Positions 20,703 through 23,545 of a stretch of 23,545 nt of DNA are shown here, in pieces. This DNA is from Octopus sinensis (lineage: Eukaryota). The notes under the pieces are model-generated. The model was not told the DNA's origin. It saw only the letters and a list, made by a program, of their open reading frames with translations, and ran no database searches. The position numbers and the translations under genes were made by a program. The stretch is taken from contig NW_021836572.1 of assembly GCF_006345805.1 (NCBI RefSeq), forward strand, positions 1 through 23,545. Direction: 5' to 3'. Within the stretch, counting starts at the first letter, position 1. Each line of letters begins with the position of its first letter.

Positions 20703-20860
20703 ATTCTCGAGTATAACCAGCCGAAATTGCAAAGATGATCTGGAACTCGACTGAGGAACGAAAACTCCAAATGACTCGTCCTTGTTTTCTTTGTATCGTC
20801 TATCTGGATGTTTTGTTGTCCCTTTTTTGTATCACCTAAATTACTACCTGCTTTTATAGC
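20703..20860 (+). repeat. Dispersed repeat copy 3 (Penelope-terminus-like)
   Basis: CTGAGGA at 20751 and GTC at 20778; aligns with copies 1 and 2; flanked by (TA)n. Confidence 0.55.
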
Positions 20861-21202
20861 ATATATATATATATTGGGTCATCCCCTGAATAATAAGTTG
20901 GAGGGTATGGGTTAAACTACCTGCACTATAAAAACAGGTAGTAATTTTGGCTCGTCCTTATTCTTAGAAAGGCAGAGCATTTCTAAATGCAAAGTCAGAA
21001 ATCCGGGATCTGGAAGTATCCAGTAATTTTTCACATGTTTTATTTTGTCTTTTTGTCTTCTCGCCTTGTGCTACATGAATACTTAATGTGGTCTACTATT
21101 TTCAGCATGGCGGTATCTCGTAGATAACCTAAGTTATATATATATATGTTATATATATATGTATATATATATATGTATATATATATATATGTATATATAT
21201 AC

Positions 21203-21260
<58 letters not shown>

Positions 21261-21355
21261 TATATATAATACATATACGTACGCATGCGCATGTATTGTA
21301 CATACACACACGCACACGCCCACACGTACATACACGCGCACATTTTTTTACATAA

Positions 21356-21407
<52 letters not shown>

Positions 21408-21520
21408 ATGTATATTCATGTATATTTGCACACAGATATATGTACACATTTAATACAAACACACAAACATATATGTATGGATCTATATATATATATATAT
21501 ATATATATAGATATATATAT

Positions 21521-21819
21521 ATACTAAGCAATAAGGGTTTAGCAACGAATTGCCTTACCACATACCGAAGTTAGAAATAGCAGTCAAAGGGTATAGCTAT
21601 TTCTTCTACTAAAAAGGGAGATCTCCAGTAAAAACAGCAATTGGAAGGCTGACACAAACAGGTAAGAGAGAATGAATTGACTGCAATCTATCATACATTT
21701 TTAAGTTATCTACGGACGTACGTTTCGAAATCAAGTTTTTAGGAAGCATAAGAATTAAATATTAAATATTAAATAATTCTATCTTACCGAAACTTCTTTC
21801 TCTTCAGCGTAGAATACTA
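21521..21819 (+). repeat. Partial copy of the fold-back element at 22018-22712
   Basis: 21521-21630 is a direct repeat of 22119-22227. 21600-21819 is a diverged reverse complement of 22233-22490. Confidence 0.8.
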
Positions 21820-22017
21820 TAATCATAAATTTATATATTTGAATTTTGAGATACTAGGAGGCACCAACTCAACTCAGTATCAGAGCGAGCTAGAATCCGC
21901 AACTAGTATCACCGAATTCAAATTTGTGAATGAAAACGATTGTGTCAACAGCCCCTTCCCACCCGCGTGTAGCCAAAACAAGATGCTGTGGTCATCTACT
22001 GAGATAAAATATGGTTA

Positions 22018-22707
22018 TCCGTAATAATGAAGGGTGAAATTAATTAATTTGGAATAATTATCAATTACACCAAGTAGTCTTCGGCATGTAATAGCCTCAT
22101 TCGAGGAAAATTTAAGTAATACTAAGCAATAAGGGTTTAGCAACGAATTGCCTTACCACATACCGAATTTAGAAATAGCAGTCAAAGGGTTATAGCTATT
22201 CTTCTACTAAAAAGGAGATCTCAGTAAATATTTAGTATTCTACGCGAAGAGAAAAGAAGTTTCGGTAAGATAGAATAAATTTAATTCTTATGCTTTTATA
22301 TTTATTCGTATGACTTTCTTAAAAATTGATTGTTCGCTAAAGACGTTTCCGTAGATAACTTAAAAAATGTATGAAGATTGGCAAAGTCAACCTTCATTAT
22401 TCTCTCCTTACCGTTGTGGGGTCAGCCTTCACAATTGCATGTTTATACCTGACCGGAATCTCCCCTTTTTAGTAGAAAGAGAATAGCTAGAACCCTTGAC
22501 GAACCTACGCGGCTAACAGTAAGTCATTCAATTCGGTAAGAGAGATCTTTTTAGTGAGTAAGCTTTGACTGCAATTCGGTTGTGGTAAACTAAACCTTAT
22601 TGCTTAGTATTACTTAAATTTTCCTCGAATGAGGCTTTTACATGCCGAAGACTACTTGGTGTAATTGATAATTATTCCAAATTAATTAATTTCAACCCTT
22701 CATTATT

Positions 22708-22712
<5 letters not shown>
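22018..22712. mobile_element. Fold-back element with long terminal inverted repeats, TA-flanked
   Basis: 22018-22140 is a near-perfect reverse complement of 22590-22712. Termini read TA|TCCGTAATAATG...CATTATTACGGA|TA. Confidence 0.75.
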
Positions 22713-22761
<49 letters not shown>

Positions 22762-23545
22762 TTATGCACATAGGTACGTATCGCGAATGAGAGTCAGAAT
22801 GACGTGTAAAGAGAAACAGAACAAATACCATAAAGATTGCTGGAGAAGCCGAATTGCTTGAGAAAATATGCTGTAAGAATATACTGCAGCCATTTTCCTT
22901 CCCTGTAGGACGTCGATGTCATTGTTTGGATATAAAGTCTTTGGATAGTAAAGTATTGTCCATGGAACACTCGGAAAAGTCTGCTTGAATAAACTGTACG
23001 ACAAGGAAACGCACGTCATTTGTAGTCGCCATGCAAGATATACAATGATGAATTGTTCTGTGGTAATTGTATCAGAGACTCCAGGCTTTTCCGATTTAAA
23101 ACGTTAGATAAAATCCACCATTATGTTTGTCCATCTTCGTAAATATATATTTGCTCGTTTCGCTTATGCTTGTTTGATTGTCGGTAGCGGCAGCTACGTG
23201 AGAACATCAGCTTCGATATTCTCCGTTTTAATTGGGATTAAGAAATTAGATTAAAATAAAACTGTCGTAGAATTTGGATTATCTACTGGACATTGTAGTA
23301 AGATCACTGGTTTATTTAAATAATAAAGAAATGGATGAAACAGTTGAGCCTGACGAATCAATTGGTGGGTTGCACTGGCAAAAAATCGTTTAGTTTCTTT
23401 TCTTTATGCGTTTCTTTAAACCCTTTTGTTGCTGTATTTCTGTTGAAGTACACTGCCTTTGTTTCACTTTTATTATTGTAAGAGTGTTGGACAATGTGCT
23501 TCGTGACTAAACACAGTTAGGAGAGAATACTGCACAAACAGCAAC

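Larger units (their letters stand above)
16000..22760. repeat. Dispersed long (TA)n-rich tracts (about 16000-16095, 16580-16650, 17140-17245, 17727-18065, 18550-18635, 19177-19440, 20634-20697, 21133-21520, 22713-22760)
   Basis: Directly visible. One envelope entry for many separate tracts. Confidence 0.9.

Noticed and set aside
8452-21561. Dozens of ORFs rich in IYIY, CVCV, HTHT, SLSL or poly-H/S/M
   Set aside because: They are translations of TA, CA, CT and triplet microsatellites that lack stop codons, with no protein signal.
22762-23545. Short ORFs and unique sequence at the window end
   Set aside because: No motif, repeat structure or homology that I can support.

Overview
Repeat-saturated, AT-rich eukaryotic non-coding DNA, very likely from an octopus (coleoid cephalopod). 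This assignment rests on my recognition of the SINE families from memory, not on a search. I find no supportable host gene, tRNA or rRNA gene, or CRISPR array. Most listed ORFs are translations of microsatellites (IYIY, CVCV, HTHT, poly-H/S). The only real protein homology is to dead transposons: an internally deleted mariner (388-1953), a degraded LINE endonuclease (~6560-7030), a Tx1-clade LINE 3' fragment (11754-12437) and a CR1-group RT fragment (19439-20633). The rest is tRNA-derived SINEs of at least four families, fold-back elements and simple repeats. The most interesting signals: (1) a Tx1 LINE inserted just after the A-box of a SINE with a perfect 15-bp TSD, a possible SINE-targeting LINE; (2) a 22 x 13-bp minisatellite grown from the catalytic QDNAP codons of the mariner; (3) a 3' tail shared by the CR1-type LINE and several SINEs; (4) degenerate Penelope-type hammerhead-like motifs and a 198-bp palindrome. 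Single-base dropouts in (TA)n tracts and indel-rich divergence near 22.2-22.6 kb suggest long-read consensus noise, so fine detail there is unreliable. I see no strong evidence for a new multi-gene system.
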